Origin: Ministeria vibrans ATCC 50519
Taxonomy: Eukaryota; Protista; Filasterea
DNA length: 64,000 bases
Direction of reading: 5' to 3'
Assembly (NCBI GenBank): GCA_943704425.1
Contig: CALSCP010002128.1
Span: forward strand, 22,989 to 86,988
The position numbers and the translations under genes are program-made. The first letter of the stretch is position 1. Every line of letters starts with the position of its first letter. The notes below the pieces were generated by a model. The model ran no database searches and was not told the DNA's origin. It was given only the letters and a program-made list of their open reading frames with translations. Below, in pieces: positions 27,401 to 42,400 of the stretch.

Positions 27401-30400
27401 TGAAACCACTTGCACAGGTACAGGTGTACGCAGCAGTCCCATCAACACACGTTGCGCCGTTGTGGCACGGTGACGAGGCACACTCGTCAAGGGCCGTCTC
27501 GCACGCAACACCGCCAAAGCCAGTGCCGTCGCATGCACACGAAAAAGAAAAGACGCCGTCCGAACAAGTGCCACCGTTCTGGCACGGCGTTGAGGCGCAT
27601 TCATCCACATCCGTCTCACAATTGCTGCCCACATGACCAGTCGCACTACAGTCGCACGTGTAGGTCGCTGCGGATGGTGCCTGGCACGCTCCACCGTTGA
27701 GACACGGCGCACTCGCACACGGCGACGTCGGCTCCACATCACAGAGGGTCCCCACAAAGCTTGTACCAGTGCAATCACACGTGAAGCTGCCAATGCCATC
27801 GCTGCACACACCTGCATTGACACACGGTGACGAAGCACACTCGTCAATGTTCACGGTACACAATCCATCGGTGTAACCACTCGCACAAGTACACGAGTAT
27901 CCATTCACCGAGTCCACACACGTGCCCCCATTTTGGCAAGGCATCGAGGCACACTCGTTTGTATCCGTTGCACACAGACCCCCTTCGTAGCCACTTGCAC
28001 ACGCACACGCAAACCCATCGACAGCATCGGTACAAGTCGCCCCGTTTTCACACGGCGACGAAGCGCACTCGTCAATGTTCACAGTGCACAACGCGTCCGT
28101 GAAACCACTTGCACAGGTACAGGTGTACGCAGCAGTCCCATCAACACACGTTGCGCCGTTGTGGCACGGTGACGAGGCACACTCGTCAAGGGCCGTCTCG
28201 CACGCAACACCGCCAAAGCCAGTGCCGTCGCATGCACACGAAAAAGAAAAGACGCTGTCCGAACAAGTGCCACCGTTACGACATGGTGACGACACACACT
28301 CATCCACGTCCGTCTCACAATTGCTGCCCACATGACCAGTCGCACTACAGTCGCACGTGTAGGCCGATGTGGTTGACGTCTGGCAAACTCCACCGTTGAG
28401 ACACGGCGCACTCGCACACGGCGACGCCGGCTCCACATCACAGAGGGTCCCCACAAAGCTTGTACCAGTGCAATCACACGTGAAGCTTCCAATGCCATCG
28501 CTGCACACACCTGCATTGGCACACGGCGACGAAGCACACTCGTCAATTNNNNNNNNNNNNNNNNNNNNNNNNNNNNNNNNNNNNNNNNNNNNNNNNNNNN
28601 NNNNNNNNNNNNNNNNNNNNNNNNNNNNNNNNNNNNNNNNNNNNNATCACAGAGGGTCCCCACAAAGCTTGTACCAGTGCAATCACACGTGAAGCTTCCA
28701 ATGCCATCGCTGCACACACCTGCATTGGCACACGGCGACGAAGCACACTCGTCAATTGGCGTGCATACAACCTCTTCGCCTTCCCACACGCCATTTAGAC
28801 AAACTCGATTGACGAGCGAACCCGATCGTGCTGTTCCCACATTGCATGACTGCGCACACTCCACCGAGTCAATGGTGGTCGCGGGACATGCACCCACACC
28901 GTTGGCAGGCGCAGCCAGTGCCGGACACTCGGGCAGGCAGGTGCCAGTGGCAGAAGACCAGGCGCCCGTTGACAGACACTGCGACACACCGTCACCGCTC
29001 AGTCGTACTGAGCCGGCAGTGCACTCGTGCACACACGTATCATTCAAACGACCACGCGTACATCCCGTGCCGCTCAGCGTCGAGTTGGTCAGCTGAGGTA
29101 TCGTCAGGGGTGCACAGAAACCATCTTCGAGTGTAGCACACGTGGCGCCCGTGTAGCCCACGCGACAGTTACATGTGCCACCGATATTGTCGCAAATGCT
29201 AGGCAGAGTACCCACACTAGAGCATGTACATTGCGTACAAGAGGTCTGTGGACCTTCCATCGTGGGATGTCCAAAAAATCCCGTTGCACAGCTGCACATG
29301 TACGTGCCATTCAGGTTGTTGCAGACGTTTACATTTGAAAGGCACGGGAGGCCTTCGGTACACTCGTCAATGTCCTCGTCGCACGTGTCGCCCGTGTAGC
29401 CACTTGGACAGGTACATGTGTACACACTGGTCGATCCATTGTCGACACATGTCGCGCCGTTCGCGCACGGGGTCGTGAAACACACAGCAAGACTAATCTC
29501 GCAAAAGGTGCCTGTGAATCCCGGCGAGCATAGACACGCACCAGTGCCCAACGCCCCCTCGTCACACTCGCCGTTGAGACATGTGCCACACCTCAGACAA
29601 CTGGCACCATAGCGGCCAACGGAACACGAGTCGCACGCACCCGAGCCTTCCACACCGTCGTCACATGCCTGATTCACGCAGAAAGCACTACATGTGTTCA
29701 AGCACGACTCACCGTAACGCCCCGCAACGCAATCGTCGCAGTGCACCCCCTGAAACCCAGTCGCACACTCACATGTGTAGCCGGAAGACGTGTCTGCAAA
29801 GGAAACGCACGTGGAGCCATGTTCACACGGATTCGACGCGCACGCATCAGAAAGCAATGAGCAGTCGGCGCCCGTTGTGCCTGCCTGACACGCACATGAA
29901 AATGTAAACTGCTCGGGCGCTTGCACACAGAGACCACCATTGACACAGGCGGGCGACGGTGACTGTACCTCGTGAATACCGGCGCGCACATTGATGCCGT
30001 CTGGCGTGGTGAATGTGCCACTGACAACACTCGCCGTGGACAGCAAGCTGGTAACAAGCTCGGGACAGGCCGTTAGCGTCGCGCCATTGTTAGCAATCGA
30101 CAGAAAGCCACCAATTGACGTGATGTTAGAAAGTCCCAATATGTCACGCAAATTGCTGTTGAACGCGACGCGGAAGAAGCCGCCCACAGTCTGGAGCGCA
30201 GAAAACGAATCGAGATGGGTAATGGGTAGCTGGAAGGCAATGTTGACCGAACCACCAATGGTGGTGAGCTGGTGCACAAAGTCAAGCGACTGCATATTGA
30301 TGTTGCTCGTGCAGTACAGATCGCCAGTAAGCGTCGTCAACGACCGGCCCAGTGCGTCCGCCGACGTGAGCACGCCGTTGCTAACAAGGGTCAGCGAGCC

Positions 30401-33400
30401 CAGAATCTCCGTCACATTGTCAAGTCCATCGAGCGACGAGAGCGCTCCGTTCGTCTCCAAGGTCAAATTTCCATTGATCGACGTGAGTCCCGACAAACCC
30501 TCAATGGAGGTGAGTGCCGCATTCGAGCGCAACACCAGTCCACCAACATACTCAAGATTTGCGAGTTCATCCAGCGTCGCCACATTCGAGTGGGCTGTGT
30601 TCTCCAGCGTGAACACCCCAGTCACGCGGCGCAGCGTCGACAGTACCGCCAACGACGTGATTCCCTGACTGGACGGCGGCGAAATGGTCACGTCGCCCAC
30701 AACGACTTCGCAGTTGCTCAATTCCGATACAAGATCCGCTTGTGACAAAATAATACCCCCCACAACACACGGAATGAATGTCTCACACAGAGTCCCCGAG
30801 CGACGAGGTGGACATGTGCACGTGAAAGAGACAAAGCCAGCGCTGTGAACCACTTCAACACAGGTCGCACCCGACGTGCATGGCGACGAGAGACACGGCT
30901 CAAATAAATCGGCACAGACCTCGCCGACATATTGCGTCGCGGAACAGTCGCACACAAACGACAGGACACCGTCGGTACACACGCCACCATTCTGACAAGG
31001 CGACGAGAGACACTCGTCAATGGCTACGTCACATTGGTTCCCAGTAAAGCCGGTGTCGGTGCAGTTGCACACGTACATGGAAAGCGACGGTGTTGTACAC
31101 AGACCCGCGTTGCGGCATGGACTCGACGCACACTCGTCAATGTCCGTATCGCACGTGACACCCGTGAAGCCTCCGATGCAGGTACACATAAAACCGCCGC
31201 CAGAGGAGGCCGGCAACGGTGTGCACGCGGTCGACGAGGCAACTGCACAGGGCGACGAAGCACACTCGTCAATGTCCACGTCGCATGCAGCGCCCGTGAG
31301 ACCAGTGGGACACAAACAGGTAAAGGAATCACCATTGGCAATGCACACGGCGTCACCCGAGCACGGCGCGGTACTACACGCATCAATTTGCGTACATCCA
31401 GGCGCGCCCGTAAACCCCGGTGGGCAAAGACACTCATCGGCCAAGCGCATGTCCACCCACCATCGGCGCAAAGAGCCTGAATCCACATTATAATTGTCGT
31501 GGATCCCCAAGATAATATTGCTATCAGTCATCTGACAGTCAAACACCGACAAGGGTGTTTCGGGTCGGTAGTTTCCCGTGTAGGGTGCAATGCCTGATGA
31601 AATGGGTACACCGGCTCGATCCGAAAACACCGTCGTCACCATATTATCGCCTGCATTGCCGCGATTCTCGATCAGCACCGAGTTCTGATTCCCATGATAC
31701 AGTGTCAGAGTGAGATCACCCATGTATGAGTGATACAGCAGGTCGACGGTCACTTCCAGAAAGGTAATGTACTTGTTTGCGGGCAGATTCAGTGTCGAGT
31801 AGACAGTGTCTGAATCCAGAATGGCCAGATTTTCAGTTTTGGTGAGCCGGACGCCTTCAATTTCGCAGAACCAGCCAAAAAAGGGCGACTGACAGCGACA
31901 CTCAAAGGAAACGGCGCCTGCCGAGCGACAGGTGCCCCCATTGCGACAAGGATTGCTCAGACACGCGTCGGTAGGCGTCTCGCAATGATCACCGACATAA
32001 TTTTGCGAGCACTGGCAGGTATACGCCAAGTGAGATGGCAGACATGTGCCGCCGTTCTGACATGGATTCGAGTCACAGCTGCGCAAGTCCTGCTCACAAA
32101 GAGCGCCCGATAATCCCGACGCACAGAAACACGCAAACAGTCCGGTGAGTTCGTCGACGTGACACACACCCGCGTTCTGACACGGACTCGATAAGCATCC
32201 ATCGCTGAGCTGACATTGCGAGCCGGTAAATCCCTCGACACAAAGACACGTCGTGTGTCGCTCCGCAAGTGGAATGACCATGTTATCTTCAAAACACGAA
32301 CCACCATTCTGACACACCGTATGTGCACACGTGCTACCCGTGTTGCCCGAGGGACAGTCCACCGGACACGAGATTGTGTTTTCACCACCAAGGCAAAACC
32401 CGTCGCCACAGGTGAGCGACGTCACAGCGCCAATGGAGATCGAGCTGAGTCCCCACTGACCCGTTGTCGCATCCATGCGGGGCTGCCACCAGCGCAGACG
32501 CACACCCTTTACACGAGCACTCGCAGGTAGCACCACCTGCGCCAGGTTGAACGAGGCGTACGCGCTCGCTTCGAGCTGCTCGATCTTCGTCCAGAGTGCC
32601 CCGCCGTTGGTCGAATAGAAAAGTCCCACCCAGGCATCGGAGGCGGCGGCCGGAGGTACACACACCCCGGCAGCCAAGTCGCCGGATGTGCTGCCAATGC
32701 GCAGGGCAAACTGCACCGATGTCACCGACGTGAGATCCATGTCGACAGTGTCGAGGAATCGTGCTTGAGTGCCGTTAAAAAGCGCCACACCACTGGAGCT
32801 GCAGAGGAATCCAAAAGCAATGCCGGGTGACCAGTCACTAAAGTGCAACGAAGAAATCGACCCAAAGCCCGTCACCGAAAGGTAAGTGGGCAAAGCACGC
32901 GACACGACCGCACACGACGAGCCCGAGTAGCCGGCGTCGCACTCGCATCCGCCGTTGCATCGACCGTGTCCATTGCACATGTCGGGACACGTGCTGAACG
33001 CCCCAAAGGCAAAGTCGCCAACGACGATAGCACGCGACTCGGCTCGTGCCGCCTCCACTTGTGCACCACTCGCGTCGTTCAGACGCACACGGACTCGCAC
33101 ACGTTCCTCCGCCGCACCAAACAGAATCGGCAACAACACACGCTTGGAAGCAAGAGAGGTCACTCCTGCAACGGCACCGTTGCCCGCGACATCACAGCTC
33201 GCGTCCACGCACGTCGGTGTTGCTGTCCACGTGACACCTCGATCCGTCGACATTTCCACCACGGCAACGAGCTCTCCGTCGCGAACAGGAACACTCGCAG
33301 GACAGCGCGAGAACAGATTAAACTGCACAAAGCCCGTGGCGGTCGGCACAGTGCCCACCGTCGCCGAGGTCCACAGGCGTATCGAGTCTATGGCCCACAC

Positions 33401-36400
33401 GTCCAGTGTGCCATCCGTGACTCCGGCCTGACTCCAAATCAGCTGAGTGCTGGCAGTTCGCGCAGCCGCCGGCAGCGCCACCGAAATGGTGTTGGTGCCA
33501 CCAAACTCACTGCGTCGATAGGTTCCCAAAGACAGGGTGGACGAGCCACCGTCGAGCGAGTATTGCAGCTCAACGGGCTTGTTTTCGTCGACTTCGGCGC
33601 AGTTGGGACCACCCGTGCCGTCGGCAAGGTACAACCAAAAGGTCACATGGTTAACCGAGCTCAAATCAATGTTGGTGGTGCGTGCAATGCGCGTGAGGAA
33701 GCCTGAGACGCGAAAGAGCAAAGCGTTGCCGTTAACCCCCTCTTGCCCACATACCTGCGATGGCGAGGCGCCTTGCACAAGTGCCCACTTGCTCGAATCA
33801 ATAAAGCTCGATGAGAAAGTGTCGTAGCTCGTGCTGCTCTCAGTCAGGGCAAAGCCTGTCGAGGCGTCCACATCAAGTGTGACCATGGGCACCACATCGC
33901 CGTCGAAGCCGGACACAAGGGCGTTCACAAGATCCACGCCAGGCCGTGAAACACCACAGGCAACGGTTGTGTCGGTCGTGTTGGTGGGCGCCAAAAACTG
34001 CCAGACACTGTCGTCCACCGACTCCACCGATGCAATGAGATTGTCGTGCATTGACCGCCGCAACACGGATGTGTCGCCCAGGTAGACGTTGTCCAGGTGC
34101 CAGGAGCCAAAGACGACGCGTGCCGGACGAAGTGTCCACATGAAACGCACGGATCGGTCGCGCGCCACGAGCGGCAGCGTGATGGAGTGATGACCCGACC
34201 GCGAGAGCGACTCAATCGTGGTCCAACTCTGACCACCATCGAGAGACGACGCCACAGAAATGGCACCCACCGTGTTTGGTGGTAGTGACACAGAGCACTG
34301 TGCATCGGAGACAGTCGGCAACTGAATGTCAAACTCCATCATCGACATGAGGGTTGTGTCTAGGTCGGGTGTGACCGCATGCGTGAGCATATCATTGTAG
34401 CGGAATACCACCTGCTGACCCGATGTCAGTGCACATGTGTCGTTCTGCGAGACCACTGCCCCGCCAGTCAGTAGCTGAAATCCAGCCATGGCGCCCAACG
34501 TTGAGTCGCGCGAAGGCCAGTCAAATGTGGAGCGGAACGAACGTGTCGACAACGTGCCTGTTTCCACAGTACACGCGGGCAGAGCATAGCCCGCGTCGCA
34601 CAGACATTCGCCTGATGGCTGACACATGCCATGGCCCGAGCAAAGACTGGGACAATCGCTGCCCACATACAAGCGCTGAAGAGCCCACGTCACCGCGACC
34701 TGAGGACCACTCGTTTGCCACACTCTCACCAGTGTTGCGTTCGAAATGGCCAATGGAAACTGAACAAGACGAACGCCCGTCCACTCATGGCTTGACCACG
34801 ACGACGGAAGTGACCATGTCGCCGACGTGACCGACGTGGGACCACAGTCACCGGCGGCCGCATCACAATCGTCAATGAGGTCGCGCCACGTCGCACCCGA
34901 GTCCACCGAGTACTGCGCCGCGACGCGCAGCGTTCCTTGAGGTGACACTGTCGTCGTTGAAGGGTTCGCAGCCACACACGAAACCGACAGGTATGCCTGG
35001 AAGAGACCGTTTGGAAGCGGCGAGAGCATCTCGCTCGTGATACCGCGGGGTACTGGAAGCAAATAGCCGTTGGGCAGGGATGCTGCACTGGCCACAAGAA
35101 GTGTCTCTTGCGCAGCAACATTCGCACAGATACTCGCGGCAAGCGCACTCTCCATGTTCGACTCGAACAACACAGTCGTCTTTGACATGTCGCCAGGAAT
35201 AGTCGCGGACACCAACACGGCCGATCCGTCCACAAGCTGTGGTTCCATGCCCACATAGAAGTTATCAATCTGCCAAGGGACTGTGCGGGGCGACGCCCCC
35301 GAATCAACAGTAAACCAATCGCTGGGAGCCTCCCAGGAGAGCGAGTTAAAAAGTGTGACGTTGGTGGAAACAATCGCGGCCGATTCGGCCGTTGCAAACG
35401 GTCCAGCTACCAGAAAGTGGAAGCTCGCGCCACCTGTCTGCTCGAAATACTCGAAGAGCATAAAGTATGTTTGTGTCGTGTCCAAGTACACGGGAGTCTC
35501 ACCCACATGTGTCTCGCTATTGCTCGGCTCCCAGAACTCAACGATAAGACGCTCGTTCAGGTAGATACGGACACCGTCATCCGCAATGGAGCCAATGACG
35601 TACCAACCAGTCGCGTTGGGTCGAAGGAAACTCTGCATGCGCACTGAGAAATTGTCGGTCACCCTAAGGTCCAGCTGTGTAGGAGCACCGGTCGTACCGG
35701 GCAACCGTGGCGACGACAAGATGACCTCGCTAGCGGCGGGACTCTGCAGGTTCACGTTGGTGTACGAGGTCGCAAGGACACCAGGAACATCAAAATCGCC
35801 GACGAGGTGAGGCAGCCCAAGTGCTTCGTTGGCCGCCATCTGTGGCCCACGCCATCGCAAAGACCATCGCCATGGCCCCTTGTCGTTGCTGTACGACAGG
35901 AGCAGAGGGACGCTCGTGTTGGCCGCAAGCCAAATGGGAAGAGGCTCTTGCTCCACGAAAACGAGCCCATCCCAATACTTGTTGGCAACTAGCACGTGGT
36001 CCACGTAAACACTCGCCTCTCCAATGGAATCCACCGTAAACATGTAGTATCCATCGCGAGGAGGTGTCAAAGTGGCCGTGTACCTCGATTCGATCTTGGA
36101 AAGACAGCTGGTAGTGGACACAGGCAAGCACGAAGTGAGCGACGTGTGGTCTTCACTAAGAAAAGCGACAGCACCCGAGCCAAGTGATGGCAACGCGTCA
36201 TTAGACTCGGCGTGGATCGCGGAGGCTGCAGTGGACGTGGACCGCGAGCGCAAACGCAGTCGTACCGCGCGACCTCGCGCATCCTGCGGAAGCCCCACAT
36301 GGATGGGTTTGGCATAGGAAGCCTCGTTGGCGGACAGCTGGTGCAGCAAAGTCCACGTGACGCCACCATCCGTGCTAAACTGCACCAGAAGTCGCTCGCC

Positions 36401-39400
36401 ACCGAGACGCGCTGTAAAAATGACGCTCGTGGCCAAACGCAAGTCCATGTCCACTGTGACAAGCATGTCCGCGAGCGAGAGCACCGAGTTATCATCAAGT
36501 CGGGTCGATGCAAGGGTCACAATGCTCGTGGCATTGTCACTCGTGAGCCACACCCCGCTGTTTTGCAGGAGAGTGCCCGTATCGAATGTACTTTCGAGTG
36601 ACGTCGTGGACAGCGTACGCGAGCATATGTTGGTACCGTTGTTAAGGGTGTACCCCTGATCACAGACGCAGCTGCCAGAGACAGAGCAGCGGCCAAAGCC
36701 ACCGCAGTAGTGATGACAGTCACCCAAAAAGAGTGTCCCAATGGCAAATTCACCGGCACGCTGCAGCGAAGTGAACCGAAACATGACAGAGCTGCTCGAA
36801 GCAACTGGAGCAATCTTGGCGAGAGGTATAGTCGCACGGCTCCATCGGGAGCCACCGCCACGAACGTGGGCACGCTCATAGAGGGCACCATCGGGCTGTG
36901 CCGAGCTGCATATCGACAGCGACTGCTGACTCACTGTCATGCACTCGCTGCCCAGCGGCAGCCACGAACGGCCCATGTCTGTACTGTACTGCACCAGGAG
37001 ATCCACTGAGGAACTCTGCGCACACCCCAGATTGTAGTGGAATTGTAGCACTGCATTGGGACGGGACATGTCGAGGGGCCAGGTGACAAGCTCTGGCTGA
37101 GCGTCACTTCCGGTTGTGGCCGTCGAGAACACCAGCGCATTGGGGGCGGGCGAGCCGCAAAAACTCGAGGCAACCGCTCCGTTGGTCATCGAAAACAACT
37201 GTGTGGGTACCAGCGTCGCAGTCGAGGTCGTGTTCAGACTGAACTGCGTTGAGGGCACCAAGCTACCGCCCACACGAAGATGGTCAATGGTCCAAGCATT
37301 CGAGAAGTTGGCATGATCCACGCGCAGTTGGGCAATGCGGAAGCGCACTGCCGGACCGCGCGCCTCACTCGCAATGGGCACGCTCAGCACACTGGCAAAG
37401 CCCTGGGGCACTTCATCGAGCAGGGTGTGTCGCGAATACGACACACCATTGTCTCGTGAGTAGAGCAGAAGCAACGGCGCGTAGGTGTGGGTAACATACT
37501 CGCTCGCACAGCCCGACATGTTGCCAATGCGCATCGAAATAAACTGAGCATTGCGAGAGTCCATGGCGGCAGTGGTGACGTGACGTTCGCCCGCCTGGTC
37601 AAAGAGCAGGTAACCACCACCGGCGCCAAGTTGCGTGGCGCTGCAGGTGTACGTCACCATCTGTGGATCGGTCACGATGACAGCGCCGCGCAGGCGATCC
37701 ATCGAGATCGCCGTGCTCTGCATGGCGACGCTTGTGTTCGCCCAGTTAAAGTCCTCGGCAAGCGCAGTCGGCCGTGCTGTTGCGTACTCGCACGTGGTGG
37801 TGTTCACTTGCACCGCATTTGCATCGCATACACACACACCCGAGGGAGTGCAACGGCCAAGCCCGTTGCAATAGCCCGGACAGCTATTGCCCACATACCA
37901 GTTGCGCATGGCAAACTCGTTGGCGGAGGTCAGACCCGTTGCATATGGCTGTGTGACACGGAAGCGAAGCGTCGACGACAGTGGCTCATCAAAGCGCTCC
38001 ACAAGTGGCACGGTGAAGCGACGCCACTCGCTAAACTGTGTGGGAAGCAACACGGGCGACGACTGGTCAAAGTAAAGCTGGCACGCCTCGAGGTCGCAAC
38101 CCGTCTCGGAATACACGGGCGTCCAGGTAATACCCAGGTCTGCTGACTTCTCCACCACTATCGCATCGGCAGCGGTGGCAGAAGGTGCCACATTCGTGCT
38201 AGCACACGAGCCAACTCGTGCATCAAACTGAAGAGTCGTGCCAGCCGCATTCACGGATGGATCGGCCACGCCGGTAGATACCTCAAAGACCGCAACGGCC
38301 TCAATTGAGTCAATCGCAAACGAGTCAATGAACGCCGCCGAATAGGCGGTCTGCTGCCAACGGAAGGAAACCGATGCACTCTGCGCAAGCGGATTACGCC
38401 CCACAAGAGAATACGTCACGGTGCGTTGGGAGGTAACTCCATATGTCGCAATGACAGTGAAGGTGGAGCCAATCACGTAGCCAAATTGAAGGTACTCCTG
38501 AGATGAGGCATCGGGTGTTTCGCAATCTGTAAAAGAACTGGCGGGTGCCATGATGACAAACGAAATGGTGGTCCAAAGACGCGTGTCAAACTTGACCGTC
38601 TCCAACACGCGCGCGCTGCTGCCGGTAAACTGAAGAAAGTTACCGGTGCCCAAAGCACAGCCGGCGTTACCATTGTAAATAGTGGTGCCAGAGTTGACGG
38701 CAAAAACACTCGAGGGAACTCCCGCTGTAAAATCAGCATTAAGCACAACCTGCCTCTGCTGGTCGAGACGGAAGACACTCTGCACAACGGCAGGTGTGGT
38801 CTCAAACATGCGTACGCCTGTGGTGCCGGCAAAAACAGCAGCCGGCTCGCTCGAACCACAGTAGTCACTCGCAATGTCTCCGTTGGGTTGGAAAACAGAG
38901 ACTTCGGGACGGAATTGCGAGACGAAATTGTCGTTGAGAATCTCCGCAAGAAGATCGAGCTGGCCCACAAACAGATTATCAATGCTTATAATCACCCCCC
39001 TGTGAGTAACAGGGTCCACTGCGGTAATGTTGAAGTCGAATCGAATTCGTGTCGCTGCGCTTCTGGCGCCCACCGGGAGAGCGACGTACACATTGGTAGC
39101 CGGCGCGTGGGGCTGGAGCTGAATCGTAGCAAGGCTCACATAGTTGATGCCGCCATTCGCCGAGTAGAGAATCTCCATGGGAGGCGGAAGGTCAGTCGAG
39201 GCGGTGCACGGAATGGCGCGCAGCTGCACTGACGTGGCGCTCGTCGTGTCCAGATCGCGTGTCTCAAGACGGCGCAAGTATGGTCCGAAAATCGCCAGCT
39301 GAGTGTTGTCGGCGAGTGGACCGCAACCACTGATGGACAACCCACTGTCGCCGATCAAGGGGTAGAACACAGTTGACGTATCAAAAGTGAGGAATTCGTC

Positions 39401-42400
39401 CTTGAGCTGCGAAGACAAGGGCGACACAAGCTGGCAACCATTGTTGCCGTCCGCCTCAAAGCCCACATCGCACTCGCACACTCCATCGGCACGGCACGAG
39501 CCGTGTGAGGCACACAACTCCTTGCACGTGGCACCTAAGTAGAGGTTGCGCAACGCCCAGGCGGACGCTGAGTCGAACCCCGTGAGCGACGGAGGCACAG
39601 CAATGCGCACACGAAGCGAGCTGACACCCGCCGGCATCATGTACGTGCGACGGTAAAAGTTGTTTTGGTTGGCGGCGCCTGTCTCACGACCAAATTCGGT
39701 CCAGGTACGGCCCTGGTCGGCCGAGTAGGTAAGAATCAAGGGTTGCATTTCGCCAGCGTCCGCGCGGCTGCACCCCATGCCCAACTCAAATTGAAGAACG
39801 CCACGACTCGCACTGGTCGTCGCCGACAGGTCCACGCCAATGGTCTCAATATGCTGCTGACTGGGTGCAACTGAGTTGAACACCAGTGCCGATGTGTTGA
39901 CAGTGTCCGGGCAAAACACGGTGCGTTCGCCGCCCGGCCAAAACTCATACTGATTCGTGGTGAGGCCCATTTCGTAGTCGTCGTACAGGTCCGTCATAGA
40001 GGGTTCGCCCACAAAGAACTGATCAATGGCCCACGAGTTCTCGACATCCAGTGGGCTCGTGGGCACACCAAACTGTTGGAGTCGCAGACGCAACGACGAA
40101 ACACGCGCGTTGGCCGGGAGATCTAGCGTGACAAGTTGACCCTGTTGGGTGGTGGTGCCCAGCGAGGCGACAGCGCCCCACCAGACACCGCCGTTGGTCG
40201 AGTACATCAGGTCAACAATACGGCTGGTGGGCGCTGTCGAGTCGTTACCAAAGGCTCCAAAGGACAGGTAAAACTGCACAAAGTGGGCGCTGGTCGCATC
40301 AAAATCGATAGTCTCCAACACACGGTTCGATGGGTCGCCCGACATGTCCATGTACGCACCATTGAACCCATAGAGATACTGTGGCAAATGCCGCTGGACA
40401 GCTGCACCACCCGAGATACGAGACCAAATGAAGGCGTCCGATTGAGCAGAAGGTGACGAGGCAAAATCATCACGGAGAATCGAGCGCAGGGGCGCGGTCG
40501 GCACACACGATGCACTCTGCAGAGTGTAGCCTGCGTCGCATTGGCACACTCCCGTGAGACAGGAACCATGACCGTTGCAAAAGCCTGGGCAATCGCTGCC
40601 CACATACAATGATTGAATTGACATGGGCGCGGCATTGGCAGGCTGCTGGATGCGCAGACGGCCCGTGGCAGGCGCTTGTGAGGGTACGGGGAGAATGACA
40701 CGCGAGAGTTGAGGCACCTCGGACGAATCTAACTGGCTGACCATGGGTGACCAGAACAACGACGTGTCGCCTGGGCTGGGGGGCACAGGAAACTCGGAAT
40801 AGAGGCTGGCAAACGAGACACCTTGATCGGCACTGACAAGAACCGAGAGGGCCGAGTCTTCGCGTCTGGTGGAGTTGAGAGGGAACGCTTGAGCACACTC
40901 GCTCGCATTGCCTCCGACCGCAACATTTAGCTCGATAAACGAACCGTTGGCCGACGGTACAATAGACGGTGCGGCGTAGTTGAAGGTAATGTCGGAAATG
41001 GACCAGTCATCACAATTCAGACACGAGAAAATATTCTGATACCAACGAAATTCCACGCTTGATCCACGCGCGTTTCCAGACAATACAAAGCCGGCATCAA
41101 CTTGCTCATTTTGGTACGACCGAATTGAAGTATAAGCCGTTGTTGAACCCCCGGCCATGTTGCGGTACATGAACGTTACGGTTTCACTCGAGTCTAGGGC
41201 TTCACATGCCGAGCCTGCAAAGTTGCCACCTGCATACTTAAATCGCACCGAATAAACATTGGTCGTGTCGAGTCTGACCGTCATTTCTCGACTGGATGAC
41301 ATCAAGCTGAAACGAAAGCCGGCGATTCCCGAGCAGGTACCGGAAGTATAAGAACCGCCAGAGAGCGTAACAATCTCAGGACTGGACGACACAATCGCCA
41401 ATAACACGGACGAGAGAATGATTGAGGGTACAAGCGAGACATCCATAGTGTTGAGCTGACGCATGCCGTTTCCACTGAACACGCCCACTCCACTGGCAAC
41501 GGTTGTGTTATCGCACGTGTACGGCAAAGAAACACTCGTGTAGGAAATGCCGGGCGAAAAAAGGAGCTCGGGAGAATTCACTTCCGCAGGTAGGATGACT
41601 GAGACGCGCGACAGGGGACTGGGCAAGTCGGTGCGCAGCAAAAAGTTATCCATAGCCCAGGCGTCGCGCGTGGGCTCGCCAAATCCAATTTGTTCGAGAC
41701 GGAATTTGACGTAAGACTGGCGGGAGGACGGCGGCAGCGCCATCGTCGCTTGTGTGGTGGTCTCCGTTGGAAGCGAGAGGTTGCCCACAAAGGACCATGT
41801 GAGACCATCGTTGGTCGTCGACAGCACTGTGATGATGCGCCAGGCGACAATGCCTGTCGATGTACACGCCGAAGCGGGTGCAGCAGGACCGGTCGTCAGC
41901 TGGAACATGAGTGCGGTTGCGGCGGTGCTGTTCACATAGACGGTTTCGGCGCGTCGCAAGGACACACCGCTAAAGAGCGCCTGGTACGTGTCGGCAATGG
42001 GTGCTGCCCCACAGCCGTTGGCGGTGAGCGTCGCACCGTCGACATGACTCCACACGCTCGGGGAGAAGGCAGAGTTGGAGTCGAACGAGTCGCGAAGCGA
42101 CTGAGGAGGGTACGTGGTCGGTAAGAGAGAGCACGCTCCCAACGAATTCAAAGCAAAATTGGCATCGCAGGCGCAAGCAATGCCACCGACCAGGGTGCAT
42201 GTGCCAAATCCATTGCAGGCGTCAACACAGCTGGTGCCCAAAAACAGATTGTCGATGGCCCATTCGTTGGAGCTCGAGAGCGCTGTGGGGACGCGTGGGG
42301 CAAGGCGCACCAGTGTGCTGGGCGACACAGCAGCCTCGGGCAGATTGAGAGTAAAACGACGGTAGGTGTGAGGGTAGGCGGCGAATGAGGCGGCGCTCAC

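Noticed and set aside
25740-28508. Notch orthologue
   Set aside because: The EGF arrays are Notch-like, but there are no LNR or ankyrin repeats and the intracellular part is a tyrosine kinase.
28079-28548. C-terminal tail of the 6535-aa ORF (apparent frameshift or pseudogene)
   Set aside because: The frame change occurs across an N gap of estimated length; the EGF frame continues in the 25740-28508 ORF.
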